Shown here piece by piece: positions 37,923 through 46,497 of a DNA stretch of 64,000 bases. The translations under genes and the position numbers were made by a program. The stretch is from an uncultured Oscillospiraceae bacterium. Its GTDB lineage: Bacteria > Bacillota > Clostridia > Oscillospirales > Oscillospiraceae. The DNA lies in NCBI GenBank assembly GCA_944387615.1, contig CALXFP010000001.1:1088-65087 (forward strand), written 5' to 3'. How positions within the stretch are numbered: position 1 is the first letter of the stretch; each line of letters begins with the position of its first letter. The notes beneath the pieces were generated by a model that saw only the letters and a list, made by a program, of their open reading frames with translations, had not been told where the DNA came from and ran no database searches.

Positions 37923-38420
37923 TTGGAAAACAAGTTTCGTTTTGTATCGGTGGATTCTTCCCTGAAGATCTGGCTTCTGGAAAAACTGCTCCAGGACCCG
38001 CCCAAAAGTCCCTGCGCCGGGGAATTTCTGGATGGAGTCCGGGAATTGGTCAGCGGTCAGCAGACTTCGCTGCTCCTTGGTGACGGCCTGGATCAGCGGA
38101 ACCAGGCAATGGCAGACACCCTTACCGCAGGAGCGCTGACCCTGTATCCCAGAAACCGAAAAGTCAGCCTGGACGGCAGGGAAGTCAGCCTGACCCCCAA
38201 GGAATTTGACATTCTGTATTTTCTGATGCAGAATCGGGGAGAGGTGTTTACCAAAGAGCAGATCTACCGTGCTGTCTGGGAAGAGGACTATTTGATGGAT
38301 GACAGCAACATTATGGCCTTTGTCCGAAAACTGCGCAAAAAAATCGAACCGAATCCGGATGCCCCCCAATACATACTGACCATCTGGGGCATCGGATATA
38401 AATTCAACGAGACCATTTGA
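37923..38420 (+). CDS. OmpR/PhoB-type winged-helix regulator lacking a receiver domain
   Basis: LTPKEFDIL...LRKKIE...TIWGIGYKF; only ~65 aa N-terminal to the wHTH; TTG start with GGGGGAG. Confidence 0.85.
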   Translation: MENKFRFVSVDSSLKIWLLEKLLQDPPKSPCAGEFLDGVRELVSGQQTSLLLGDGLDQRNQAMADTLTAGALTLYPRNRKVSLDGREVSLTPKEFDILYFLMQNRGEVFTKEQIYRAVWEEDYLMDDSNIMAFVRKLRKKIEPNPDAPQYILTIWGIGYKFNETI

Positions 38421-38449
38421 CGCAGTTTGCGCCGAAACCATTTCTTGCC

Positions 38450-38509
38450 AAATCGCAAGGAAATCGCAAGGGTTTGACCATGTGATTTTCCTTGCGATTT
38501 TTGTATACT
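38450..38509 (+). promoter_or_regulatory. Tandem 11-bp direct repeat plus inverted copy upstream of a TATACT -10
   Basis: AAATCGCAAGG at 38450-38460 and 38461-38471; CCTTGCGATTT at 38490-38500; TATACT at 38504. Confidence 0.7.
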
Positions 38510-38690
38510 GTCCCTGCAAGCAACGGAAAAACCTGGCCTGGGGATTTCCGAAAAATCTGAAATTGTGAGGTGAAACACATGGGCTCCGGCCACAGTACAA
38601 AAGATGGACAAACCAACATAGGAAAAAACGGCGGGCCAATGTGCACACCTGATTTTTCCTTACCCCAAACGCAAATAGGAGGTAAGCACA

Positions 38691-41456
38691 ATGAACAAGA
38701 ACGAAAAGCGCACGCTGCTGCGCCAGACCGCAGAAAAAGCGGTGATCCGGGATGAACTGAATCGCCGGATGCAATTTGCCGCTACCAACTGTGCAGAGGA
38801 TGTACTGAAAAATCTTCATACCACCCCCCAGGGCCTGGAACCGGGGAATGTGGCACTGAGCCGGACAAAGTACGGGGTAAACCGGATCACCCGGGAAAAA
38901 CAGAAATCTCTGTTCAAGCGCCTGGCAGAAGCTTTTGTCAACCCCTTCACCGCAATTCTGTTTTGCCTGGCGTTGGTGTCGGTGGTTACGGACATGGTTT
39001 TTCCCCATTTTTCCCTGTTCGGCAGCACGCCGGAGGACTTTGACTGCCTGACGGTGGTCATTATTCTGACCATGGTAATGATTTCCGGCACACTGCGCTT
39101 TGTGCAGGAATCCCGCAGCGGCAATGCGGCCCAGAAATTGCTGGCTATGATTACAACCACCTGCACCGTCACCCGAAACGGACAGGAAAAAATGGAAATT
39201 CCCATGGACGAACTGGTGGTAGGCGATATCGTCCACCTGTGCGCCGGGGATATGATTCCGGCGGATGTACGGATTCTGGAGGCAAAAGACCTGTTTGTCA
39301 GCCAGTCCGCCCTGACAGGAGAGAGCGAGCCAGTGGAGAAAACCGGGATGATCAGTGTCTGCAAGGAAAGCATTACCGACTACGGCAACATCGCCTTTAT
39401 GGGCAGCAACGTGATTTCCGGCAGCGCTACCGCAGTCACCGTCAGCGTCGGTGACCGCACGCTGTTTGGCTCCATGGCCTCCGGGGTGGCGGAAGAAGCG
39501 GTGCAGACCAGCTTCACCAAAGGGGTAAACGCGGTTTCCTGGGTGCTGATCCGATTTATGCTGGTGATGGTGCCGGTGGTGTTTGTGGTCAATGGCATCA
39601 CAAAGGGCGACTGGGTGAATGCCTTCCTGTTCGCCATTTCCATTGCCGTGGGACTGACGCCGGAAATGCTGCCCATGATTGTCACCACCTGCCTGGCAAA
39701 GGGCGCCGTTTCCATGAGCAAAAAGCAGACCATTGTGAAGAATCTGAACTCCATTCAGAATTTCGGCGCCATGGATATTCTCTGCACGGACAAAACCGGA
39801 ACCCTGACCCAGGACAATGTGGTGCTGGAATATCACTGGAATGTCAACGGAGAAGATGACAACCGGGTCCTGCGCCATGCGTATCTGAACAGCTATTTCC
39901 AGACCGGCTACAAGAATCTGATGGACTTAGCAATCATCCGCAAAACAGAAGAAGCGGAAGCAGCTGACCCCACCTTGACGGATCTGTCGGAAACCTATAC
40001 CAAGGTGGACGAAATTCCCTTTGACTTTACCCGCCGCCGTCTGACCACAGTGGTGCAGGACACCACCGGGAAAACCCAGATGGTAACCAAAGGTGCGGTG
40101 GAGGAAATGCTGTCTATCTGCTCCTATGCCGAGTATGACGGCGTTGTCCACCCCCTGACCCAGGAGGTTCGCCGCAGAATCCTGCGCACCGTGGACAGCC
40201 TGAACGACAAAGGCTTCCGGGTACTGGGGATTGCCCAGAAGAACAACCCTTCCCCGGTGGGCAGCTTCGGTGCAAAAGATGAGTTTGATATGGTTCTGAT
40301 TGGCTATCTTGCCTTCCTGGACCCCCAAAAGGAATCCACGGCAGGTGCCATCCGGGCGCTGAAGGAGCATGGCGTTACCACCAAAATCCTCACAGGCGAC
40401 AATGACAAGGTAACCCGCACCATCTGCAAGCAGGTAGGGCTGAAGGTGCGCAATATGCTCCTGGGCTCCGACCTGGAGAAGATGAGCGATGCCCAGCTGG
40501 CCAAGGCTGCGGAGCACACCGACGTGTTTGCCAAACTGACTCCGGATCAGAAGGCCAGGGTGGTCAGTGTTCTGCGGGAGCAGGGACATACCGTGGGCTT
40601 CATGGGCGACGGCATCAATGACGCCGCAGCCATGAAATCGGCAGACATCGGAATCTCCGTGGACACCGCTGTGGATGTGGCGAAGGAATCTGCGGATATC
40701 ATTCTGTTGGAAAAAGACCTGATGGTGCTGGAACAGGGCATCCTGGAAGGCCGGAAAACCTATGCCAATATGATTAAGTACATCAAGATGACGGCCTCTT
40801 CCAACTTCGGCAACATGTTTTCCGTACTGGCAGCCTCGGCGCTGCTGCCCTTCCTTCCCATGATGAGCATTCATCTGATTTTCCTGAACCTGATTTACGA
40901 CCTGTCCTGCACCGCCATTCCCTGGGACAATGTGGACGAAGAATTTCTGGCGGTTCCCAGAAAGTGGGATGCCTCCAGCGTGGGCAGCTTCATGATCTGG
41001 ATTGGACCTGCCAGCTCCATCTTTGACTTTATTACGTATCTATTCCTGTATTTTGTCTTCTGCCCCATATTTGTGTCTCACGGCGTTTTGTTCAACGATC
41101 TGCCCAGCCATTTTTCCGGGGCCCAGCTGGCGCTGATGCAGGCAAGCTATATCGGCATGTTCCAGGCCGGATGGTTTGTGGAATCCATGTGGAGCCAGAC
41201 GCTGGTCATTCACATGATTCGCACCCCCAAGCTGCCCTTCCTGCAGAGCAGAGCCTCCGCACCGGTGACGCTGCTGACCATGACGGGCATTGTGGTGCTG
41301 ACGGTGATTCCCTTTACGCCCTTGGGAACGGCTCTTGGGTTTGTTGCCCTGCCGATGACTTACTTTGCGTATCTGATTCCTTGTATTTTGCTCTATATGG
41401 TGTTGGCTACCAGCTTGAAAAAGGCCTATGTCCGCCATTATGGGCAGCTGCTGTAA
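38691..41456 (+). CDS. mgtA: Mg2+-translocating P-type ATPase, copy 2 (canonical)
   Basis: TGES, PEMLP, DKTGTLT, KGAVEE, TGDN, GDGINDA, GWFVES. Confidence 0.95.
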   Translation: MNKNEKRTLLRQTAEKAVIRDELNRRMQFAATNCAEDVLKNLHTTPQGLEPGNVALSRTKYGVNRITREKQKSLFKRLAEAFVNPFTAILFCLALVSVVTDMVFPHFSLFGSTPEDFDCLTVVIILTMVMISGTLRFVQESRSGNAAQKLLAMITTTCTVTRNGQEKMEIPMDELVVGDIVHLCAGDMIPADVRILEAKDLFVSQSALTGESEPVEKTGMISVCKESITDYGNIAFMGSNVISGSATAVTVSVGDRTLFGSMASGVAEEAVQTSFTKGVNAVSWVLIRFMLVMVPVVFVVNGITKGDWVNAFLFAISIAVGLTPEMLPMIVTTCLAKGAVSMSKKQTIVKNLNSIQNFGAMDILCTDKTGTLTQDNVVLEYHWNVNGEDDNRVLRHAYLNSYFQTGYKNLMDLAIIRKTEEAEAADPTLTDLSETYTKVDEIPFDFTRRRLTTVVQDTTGKTQMVTKGAVEEMLSICSYAEYDGVVHPLTQEVRRRILRTVDSLNDKGFRVLGIAQKNNPSPVGSFGAKDEFDMVLIGYLAFLDPQKESTAGAIRALKEHGVTTKILTGDNDKVTRTICKQVGLKVRNMLLGSDLEKMSDAQLAKAAEHTDVFAKLTPDQKARVVSVLREQGHTVGFMGDGINDAAAMKSADIGISVDTAVDVAKESADIILLEKDLMVLEQGILEGRKTYANMIKYIKMTASSNFGNMFSVLAASALLPFLPMMSIHLIFLNLIYDLSCTAIPWDNVDEEFLAVPRKWDASSVGSFMIWIGPASSIFDFITYLFLYFVFCPIFVSHGVLFNDLPSHFSGAQLALMQASYIGMFQAGWFVESMWSQTLVIHMIRTPKLPFLQSRASAPVTLLTMTGIVVLTVIPFTPLGTALGFVALPMTYFAYLIPCILLYMVLATSLKKAYVRHYGQLL

Positions 41457-41469
41457 AGGAGGGTATTTT

Positions 41470-41619
41470 ATGATGAACTGGAAAATGCTTTGGATGCATC
41501 TGTTTGGAACCACCCGGTTTCTGGGGGTGGATCTGGGATTCTGGGTTGCTATGGGGGCAGTTGTGCTGATTGTGGCGGCGATGAATCTGGTATTCTGGCT
41601 GCAGAAGCCCATGCAGTAA
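41470..41619 (+). CDS. 49-aa single-TM membrane peptide
   Basis: AAGGAGG RBS immediately after the mgtA stop; MMNWKMLWMHLFGTTRFLGVDLGFWVAMGAVVLIVAAMNLVFWLQKPMQ. Confidence 0.7.
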   Translation: MMNWKMLWMHLFGTTRFLGVDLGFWVAMGAVVLIVAAMNLVFWLQKPMQ

Positions 41620-41723
41620 AAAACTTTGGAAAAAAGAAAATAAAAACCGAGAGCGTGATTTTATCACGGAAGATTGCCGCCTTCCTGGGTATACTGTAGA
41701 AAAAAGAAAAAGGAGCGATCATT

Positions 41724-42047
41724 ATGACCGTACAGAATATGAATCAGCAGCAGTATACCCAGGCAGTGCAGGGCAGCAAGCCCGTTCTGGTGGATTTTTG
41801 GGCCCCCTGGTGCGGCTACTGCCGCCGCATCGCACCGGCACTGGATAAGCTGGCCCAGCAGATCGGGGAAGAGGTTACCATTGCCAAGGTGAACATTGAT
41901 GACGAACCCAAGCTTGCCGACCAGCTGGGCATTGAGGTGATTCCAACGCTGATCCTGTACCGGGACGGCAAGGCTCTGGACAGCATTGTGGCGCCGGACT
42001 CCAAGGCAGCCATCGAGGAATTTATCCGGAAGACCCTGGAGCAGTAA
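41724..42047 (+). CDS. trxA: Thioredoxin
   Basis: DFWAPWCGYC, IPTL. Confidence 0.93.
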   Translation: MTVQNMNQQQYTQAVQGSKPVLVDFWAPWCGYCRRIAPALDKLAQQIGEEVTIAKVNIDDEPKLADQLGIEVIPTLILYRDGKALDSIVAPDSKAAIEEFIRKTLEQ

Positions 42048-42057
42048 GGAGGTCATT

Positions 42058-42981
42058 ATGGAGCAGCGGATTTATGACATGGTCATCATCGGCGGCGGTC
42101 CCGGCGGCTATACGGCAGCGCTCTACGCTGCCCGGGCCGGACTGAACGTGGTGGTGCTGGAAAAGCTGTCCCCCGGCGGACAAATGGCCCTGACGACTCA
42201 GGTGGACAATTTCCCCGGGGTGGATGCCGGCATTGACGGCTACACGTTGGGAGAAATCATGCAGCGCAACGCCGAATCCTTCGGCGCGGTGACGGAGCTT
42301 GCCGAGGTGCAGAGCGTGGATTTGAGCAGTGATCCCAAGAAAATTGAAACCAACGAGGGAACCTTCTACGGAAAAACCCTGGTGTATGCCGCAGGAGCAG
42401 GCCCCAGAGAATTGGGGCTGCCCAACGAGAAGGCCCTGACAGGGCGGGGGGTTAACTACTGTGCCTCCTGCGACGGGATGTTCTACAAGGAAAAAACCGT
42501 GGTGGTGGTCGGCGGGGGCAACTCCGCAGTAGAAGATGCGCTGCTGCTGTCCCGGGTGGCAAAGAAGGTTATCATCGTGCACCGCAGAGACACCCTCCGG
42601 GCAACCAAAGTCTATCACAAGCCCCTGATGGAAACGGAAAATGTGGAATTTTTCTGGAACAGCGCTGTAACTCAGCTGCTGGAGAACGGTAAGCTGAGTG
42701 GTATCGTTGTTCAGAATCTGCTGACAGGAGAAGAAACCACAGTCGACTGCGACGGCATTTTCATCAGCATTGGCAGAAAGCCTGCCACAGCCTTGGTGGA
42801 CGGTCAGGTGGAACTGGACAAATCCGGATACATCCTGGCGGATGAAACCACCCGAACCTCCCGCCCCGGCGTGTTCGCCGTGGGAGATGTGCGGACGAAG
42901 GCGGTGCGCCAGATCGTCACCGCAGCATCCGACGGAGCGGTGGCTGTTCACTTTGCCGAAGAATACCTGGCAGGGCTGTAA
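42058..42981 (+). CDS. trxB: Thioredoxin-disulfide reductase
   Basis: GGGPGG, CASCDG, GGGNSA, HRRD, GVFAVGD. Confidence 0.95.
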   Translation: MEQRIYDMVIIGGGPGGYTAALYAARAGLNVVVLEKLSPGGQMALTTQVDNFPGVDAGIDGYTLGEIMQRNAESFGAVTELAEVQSVDLSSDPKKIETNEGTFYGKTLVYAAGAGPRELGLPNEKALTGRGVNYCASCDGMFYKEKTVVVVGGGNSAVEDALLLSRVAKKVIIVHRRDTLRATKVYHKPLMETENVEFFWNSAVTQLLENGKLSGIVVQNLLTGEETTVDCDGIFISIGRKPATALVDGQVELDKSGYILADETTRTSRPGVFAVGDVRTKAVRQIVTAASDGAVAVHFAEEYLAGL

Positions 42982-43054
42982 CGCCGGCATTGACATATTC
43001 CCAAACTCCGGTATAATGGAACCATCCATTTTGAATTTACTGAGGGAAAATGCC

Positions 43055-43504
43055 ATGAATCGGGAAAATAAACGCAAACAATACGAAAAAGGCTACTACA
43101 AAACCCATGCCTGTCAGGAAGCCTTTACCTGCAAAAACTGCGGCCGTCTGGTAGTGCCGGCCGGAGCGGGCAGCGATCACCGCAACCACTGCCCCAACTG
43201 CCTGTACAGTCTGCATGTGGACATTGAACCGGGAGACCGGGAGTCTGACTGCGGCAGCCTGATGGAGCCGGTGGCGGTTTGGGTTCGGGGCAAGGGCGAG
43301 TGGGCCATTATCCACCGCTGCCGCCGCTGCGGCGAGCTCAGCTCCAACCGGGTGCTGGCTGACGATAACCCCATGAAGCTCATGTCTATTGCCATGAAGC
43401 CTCTGGCCAATCCGCCGTTCCCCCTGGAACGCATCGAGGAAATGACCACCATGATGGGCGGCGAAGGACAGATGCCTTCCTTTGGGGAAAACACCCAAGA
43501 ATAA
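43055..43504 (+). CDS. RNHCP-domain protein
   Basis: FTCKNCG...HRNHCPNCL...HRCRRCG; own promoter TTGACA-16-TATAAT at 42990-43017. Confidence 0.88.
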   Translation: MNRENKRKQYEKGYYKTHACQEAFTCKNCGRLVVPAGAGSDHRNHCPNCLYSLHVDIEPGDRESDCGSLMEPVAVWVRGKGEWAIIHRCRRCGELSSNRVLADDNPMKLMSIAMKPLANPPFPLERIEEMTTMMGGEGQMPSFGENTQE

Positions 43505-43508
43505 AGTA

Positions 43509-43544
43509 AATCCGGCGAAGCCTTGCAAAGGGCTTCGCCGGATT
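43509..43544. terminator. Bidirectional terminator
   Basis: aatccggcgaagcc...ggcttcgccggatt. Confidence 0.7.
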
Positions 43545-43550
43545 GGCGTT

Positions 43551-44135
43551 TTAAGGGGTGGTCCGCAGGATCTCCTGGGCAATCTCTTTACGGGAAGTGC
43601 AGCGATCCATGGCCTGTTTTTCAATGTAACGGTGGGCATCCGGCTCGCTCATGTGATACGTTTCAATCAGTAACCACTTGGCCCGGTTGATCAGCCGGAT
43701 TTCCTCCATTTTTTCCTCCACGGTGGAGGCTTTCTTTTCCAGACGGCGCAGCCGCTCTCTGGCGGCAGCCATCCATTTGAGCCCCTGCTGCAATGTCTGG
43801 GCAGGGGTGGGCTTTGCCAGCGTAAATACCCCTTGGGAAAGAACCTTGGCGTTGGTCTGCTCGTAGACTTCAGCCCGAACCAGAAGCAGCACCACACTGC
43901 CGGGACACTGGCTGACGTCGATTGCGAACCGTGTACCGAATTCATCCGGAAGCGGGGCGTTGATGATGATAAAATCAAAACTTCTGCGCAGCAGCTCCCG
44001 ACGGGCAGCGGCAGCATTGGCGGCAATACATACCGGGGAATATTCTGTTTCCGGGAGCATGGGCATCAGGGCATCCAGAAATTTCTGCACCCCGCAAACC
44101 ACCAGAACACTGTAACATCGTTCTTGATATGCCAG
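43551..44135 (-). CDS. ANTAR antiterminator with pseudo-receiver domain (AmiR/NitR-like)
   Basis: C-terminal RAKWLL...SEPDAHRYIEKQAMDR; receiver fold lacks the acidic pocket and phospho-Asp; probable CTG start 7 nt after GGAGG. Confidence 0.88.
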   Translation of the reverse strand: MAYQERCYSVLVVCGVQKFLDALMPMLPETEYSPVCIAANAAAARRELLRRSFDFIIINAPLPDEFGTRFAIDVSQCPGSVVLLLVRAEVYEQTNAKVLSQGVFTLAKPTPAQTLQQGLKWMAAARERLRRLEKKASTVEEKMEEIRLINRAKWLLIETYHMSEPDAHRYIEKQAMDRCTSRKEIAQEILRTTP

Positions 44136-44169
44136 ATGGGTTCCTCCTTTCGGTTGAATTTCGGCAGGC

Positions 44170-45378
44170 TCACCGATTGCAGAAGCAGTCAATCAGAGCC
44201 TTGGGGAAGTGCTGGGACAGGAAGGTACTGGCGGCTGCGCTGCGGATGGCAGTGGGCAGGGACAGAGGCAGGGCCTGTAAATGGGCCACATCCCATTGAG
44301 CGGCGGTGAACAGATTCACATTTGCCGCCTGGGGCAGGGGTAGCTGCTGGGAAATTCCTTCCAGACCAGCCCAGATCAGCAGCGCAAAGGCAAGATACGG
44401 ATTGGCGGTGCAGTCCGGAGAGCGCAGCTCTGCCCGCCGGTATTCTCCGTGGGCAGCGGGAATCCGCACCAGCATGGAGCGGTTGTCATTGGACCAGGAA
44501 ATGAACTTCGGGGCTTTGTGAGAGCCGAGGCGGCGGTAAGACTGCTCCGTCGGATTCAAAAACAGGGTAATTTCCGGTACCCGGTTCAGGATGCCTGCCA
44601 GCATGTGCTGCATCCGGTTGTCCCCCGGGCCTTGTACGGAGATGTTGATGTGAAATCCGCTGCCGGGGTGTTCCGGCAAGGGCTTGGGAGAAAAGTCCGC
44701 AGCCAGACCGTTCCGGGCGGCAATGGTTTTTACCACGGTGCAGAAGGTGTGGGCATTGTCCGCGGCGCGGAGAGCGTCGGAATAACGGAAGTCAATTTCA
44801 TTCTGTCCCGGGCCTTCCTCATGATGGGAAGATTCCGGCTGAATGCCCATCTGTTCCAGGGTCAGGCAAATTTCACGGCGGACATTTTCACACTTGTCCT
44901 CCGGGGCCACATCCATGTAGCTGGCCTGGTCGTAGGGGATTTTGGTGGGCTGGCCGTTTTCGTCCAGCTGGAACAGGTAAAATTCCAGCTCCGAGCCAAA
45001 GGCAAAGGTGTAACCGGCATCGGCTGCGTCGGAAATGGCCCGCTTGAGAATCCCCCGGCTGTCCAGAGGAAACAAGGTGCCGTCGGGATGGGTAATGGTG
45101 CAGAACATCCGAACCACCCGCCCATGCTCCGGACGCCAGGGCAGAACCATAATGGTGGCGGGGTCAGGATGCAGGAATAGGTCCGAGTGTACTTCGTCAC
45201 CAAATCCGGCAATGGCAGAGGCATCCAGGGCAATGCCATAACGGAAAGCCCGTTCCAGCTCCTGAGGCATAATGGAGATGTTCTTGGGGCGGCCGAAGCA
45301 GTCGCAGAAGGCAAGACGGATGAATTTTACATCCTCTTCCTGAATATATTGCATAACCTCTTGAGGTGTATATTCCAT
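44170..45378 (-). CDS. Glutamine synthetase type I-like protein with substituted active-site residues
   Basis: ELEFYLF, HHEEGPGQNEIDF, PKP..GSG.H, NRS..RIP, ELRSPD..ANPYL; the YEAP flap is replaced by HKAP. Confidence 0.88.
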   Translation of the reverse strand: MEYTPQEVMQYIQEEDVKFIRLAFCDCFGRPKNISIMPQELERAFRYGIALDASAIAGFGDEVHSDLFLHPDPATIMVLPWRPEHGRVVRMFCTITHPDGTLFPLDSRGILKRAISDAADAGYTFAFGSELEFYLFQLDENGQPTKIPYDQASYMDVAPEDKCENVRREICLTLEQMGIQPESSHHEEGPGQNEIDFRYSDALRAADNAHTFCTVVKTIAARNGLAADFSPKPLPEHPGSGFHINISVQGPGDNRMQHMLAGILNRVPEITLFLNPTEQSYRRLGSHKAPKFISWSNDNRSMLVRIPAAHGEYRRAELRSPDCTANPYLAFALLIWAGLEGISQQLPLPQAANVNLFTAAQWDVAHLQALPLSLPTAIRSAAASTFLSQHFPKALIDCFCNR

Positions 45379-45544
45379 AGGGAAACCTGCTTTCTTGTGA
45401 AGATATGGGCTTCCGGAAAAACCGGAATGGAATATGTTTACTATAGCACATTTGCGCCAGGGTTTCCACTGGTTTTTCGGCTGGGGCCGCCCATGGCGAA
45501 CTTAGCAATATAGCTAAAGAAAAAGATATTTTTTGTGCAAGGTG

Positions 45545-45573
45545 TTGACAAAGGAAAAAACTTGTTGTAACAT
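45545..45573 (+). promoter_or_regulatory. sigma-A promoter of the purC operon
   Basis: TTGACA-17-TAACAT. Confidence 0.7.
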
Positions 45574-45584
45574 AAAACAGCAAG

Positions 45585-45636
45585 GGCAAAGGCGTCTTTG
45601 AGTGTGTACTCTTAGACGCCTTTGTCGATTTTTTGT
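45585..45636 (+). promoter_or_regulatory. Leader terminator overlapping ANTAR-type hexaloop hairpins
   Basis: GGCAAAGGCGTCT pairs with AGACGCCTTTGTC, followed by a U-tract; embedded GGC-AAAGGC-GTC and GAG-TGTGTA-CTC. Confidence 0.7.
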
Positions 45637-45767
45637 TTGTAATCATGCCGTGAGAACCGGTGCCGGATGGGAAACCTGGGATAATTGCTCCGGGAAACTG
45701 GGAAGAATATCCCCATACGCTCCGGGACTCCTGGCAGAAACCAAAACGCTGTATCGGGAGGAACAAT

Positions 45768-46481
45768 ATGGAAAAGGGTAAACAGCTTTACGAAGGAAAG
45801 GCAAAGAAGGTATTTGCCACAGAAGATCCCCAGCTGCTGATTGTCTCGTACAAGGACGATGCCACCGCCTTCAATGGCCTGAAAAAGGGAAGCATCGCCG
45901 GAAAAGGCATTATCAACAACCAGATGAGCAACCGGCTGATGGCGAAGCTGGAATCCGCAGGCATCCCCACCCACTACGTCCAGGAACTGAACCAACGGGA
46001 AACCCTGGTGAAAAAGGTATCCATCGTGCCGCTGGAAGTCATTGTGCGCAACATTGCCGCAGGCTCCTTCTCCAAGCGTTACGGCGTGGAGGAAGGTGTG
46101 GTATTTGATCAGCCTACCATTGAGTTCTCCTATAAAAATGATGAGCTGGGTGACCCGCTGCTCAACCGCTACCACGCCCAGGCCATGCACCTGGCAACGC
46201 CCCGGGAAATTGACATTATCCAGACCTATTCCTTCCAGGTCAACGAGTTTTTGAAGGAATTCTGGAAAAGCTGCGGCGTGACATTGGTGGATTTCAAGCT
46301 GGAATTTGGCCGCCTGGAAGACGGCACCATTGTGCTGGCAGACGAAATCAGCCCGGATACCTGCCGTCTGTGGGACGCCAAAACCGGGGAAAAGCTGGAC
46401 AAAGACCGCTTCCGCCGGGATATGGGCGGCGTGGAAGAAGCTTACGAAGAAATTATGCGCAGACTGGAAGCAAACCTGTAA
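45768..46481 (+). CDS. purC: SAICAR synthetase
   Basis: LYEGKAK, PLEVIVRN, DFKLEFG, LADEISPD. Confidence 0.96.
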   Translation: MEKGKQLYEGKAKKVFATEDPQLLIVSYKDDATAFNGLKKGSIAGKGIINNQMSNRLMAKLESAGIPTHYVQELNQRETLVKKVSIVPLEVIVRNIAAGSFSKRYGVEEGVVFDQPTIEFSYKNDELGDPLLNRYHAQAMHLATPREIDIIQTYSFQVNEFLKEFWKSCGVTLVDFKLEFGRLEDGTIVLADEISPDTCRLWDAKTGEKLDKDRFRRDMGGVEEAYEEIMRRLEANL

Positions 46482-46497
46482 TTTGGAGGAAAACCCA

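Noticed and set aside
35307-39878. 1523-aa minus-strand ORF
   Set aside because: Antisense shadow of the two mgtA genes and the wHTH gene. It has no recognisable motifs, and such frames are expected from codon bias in GC-rich genes.
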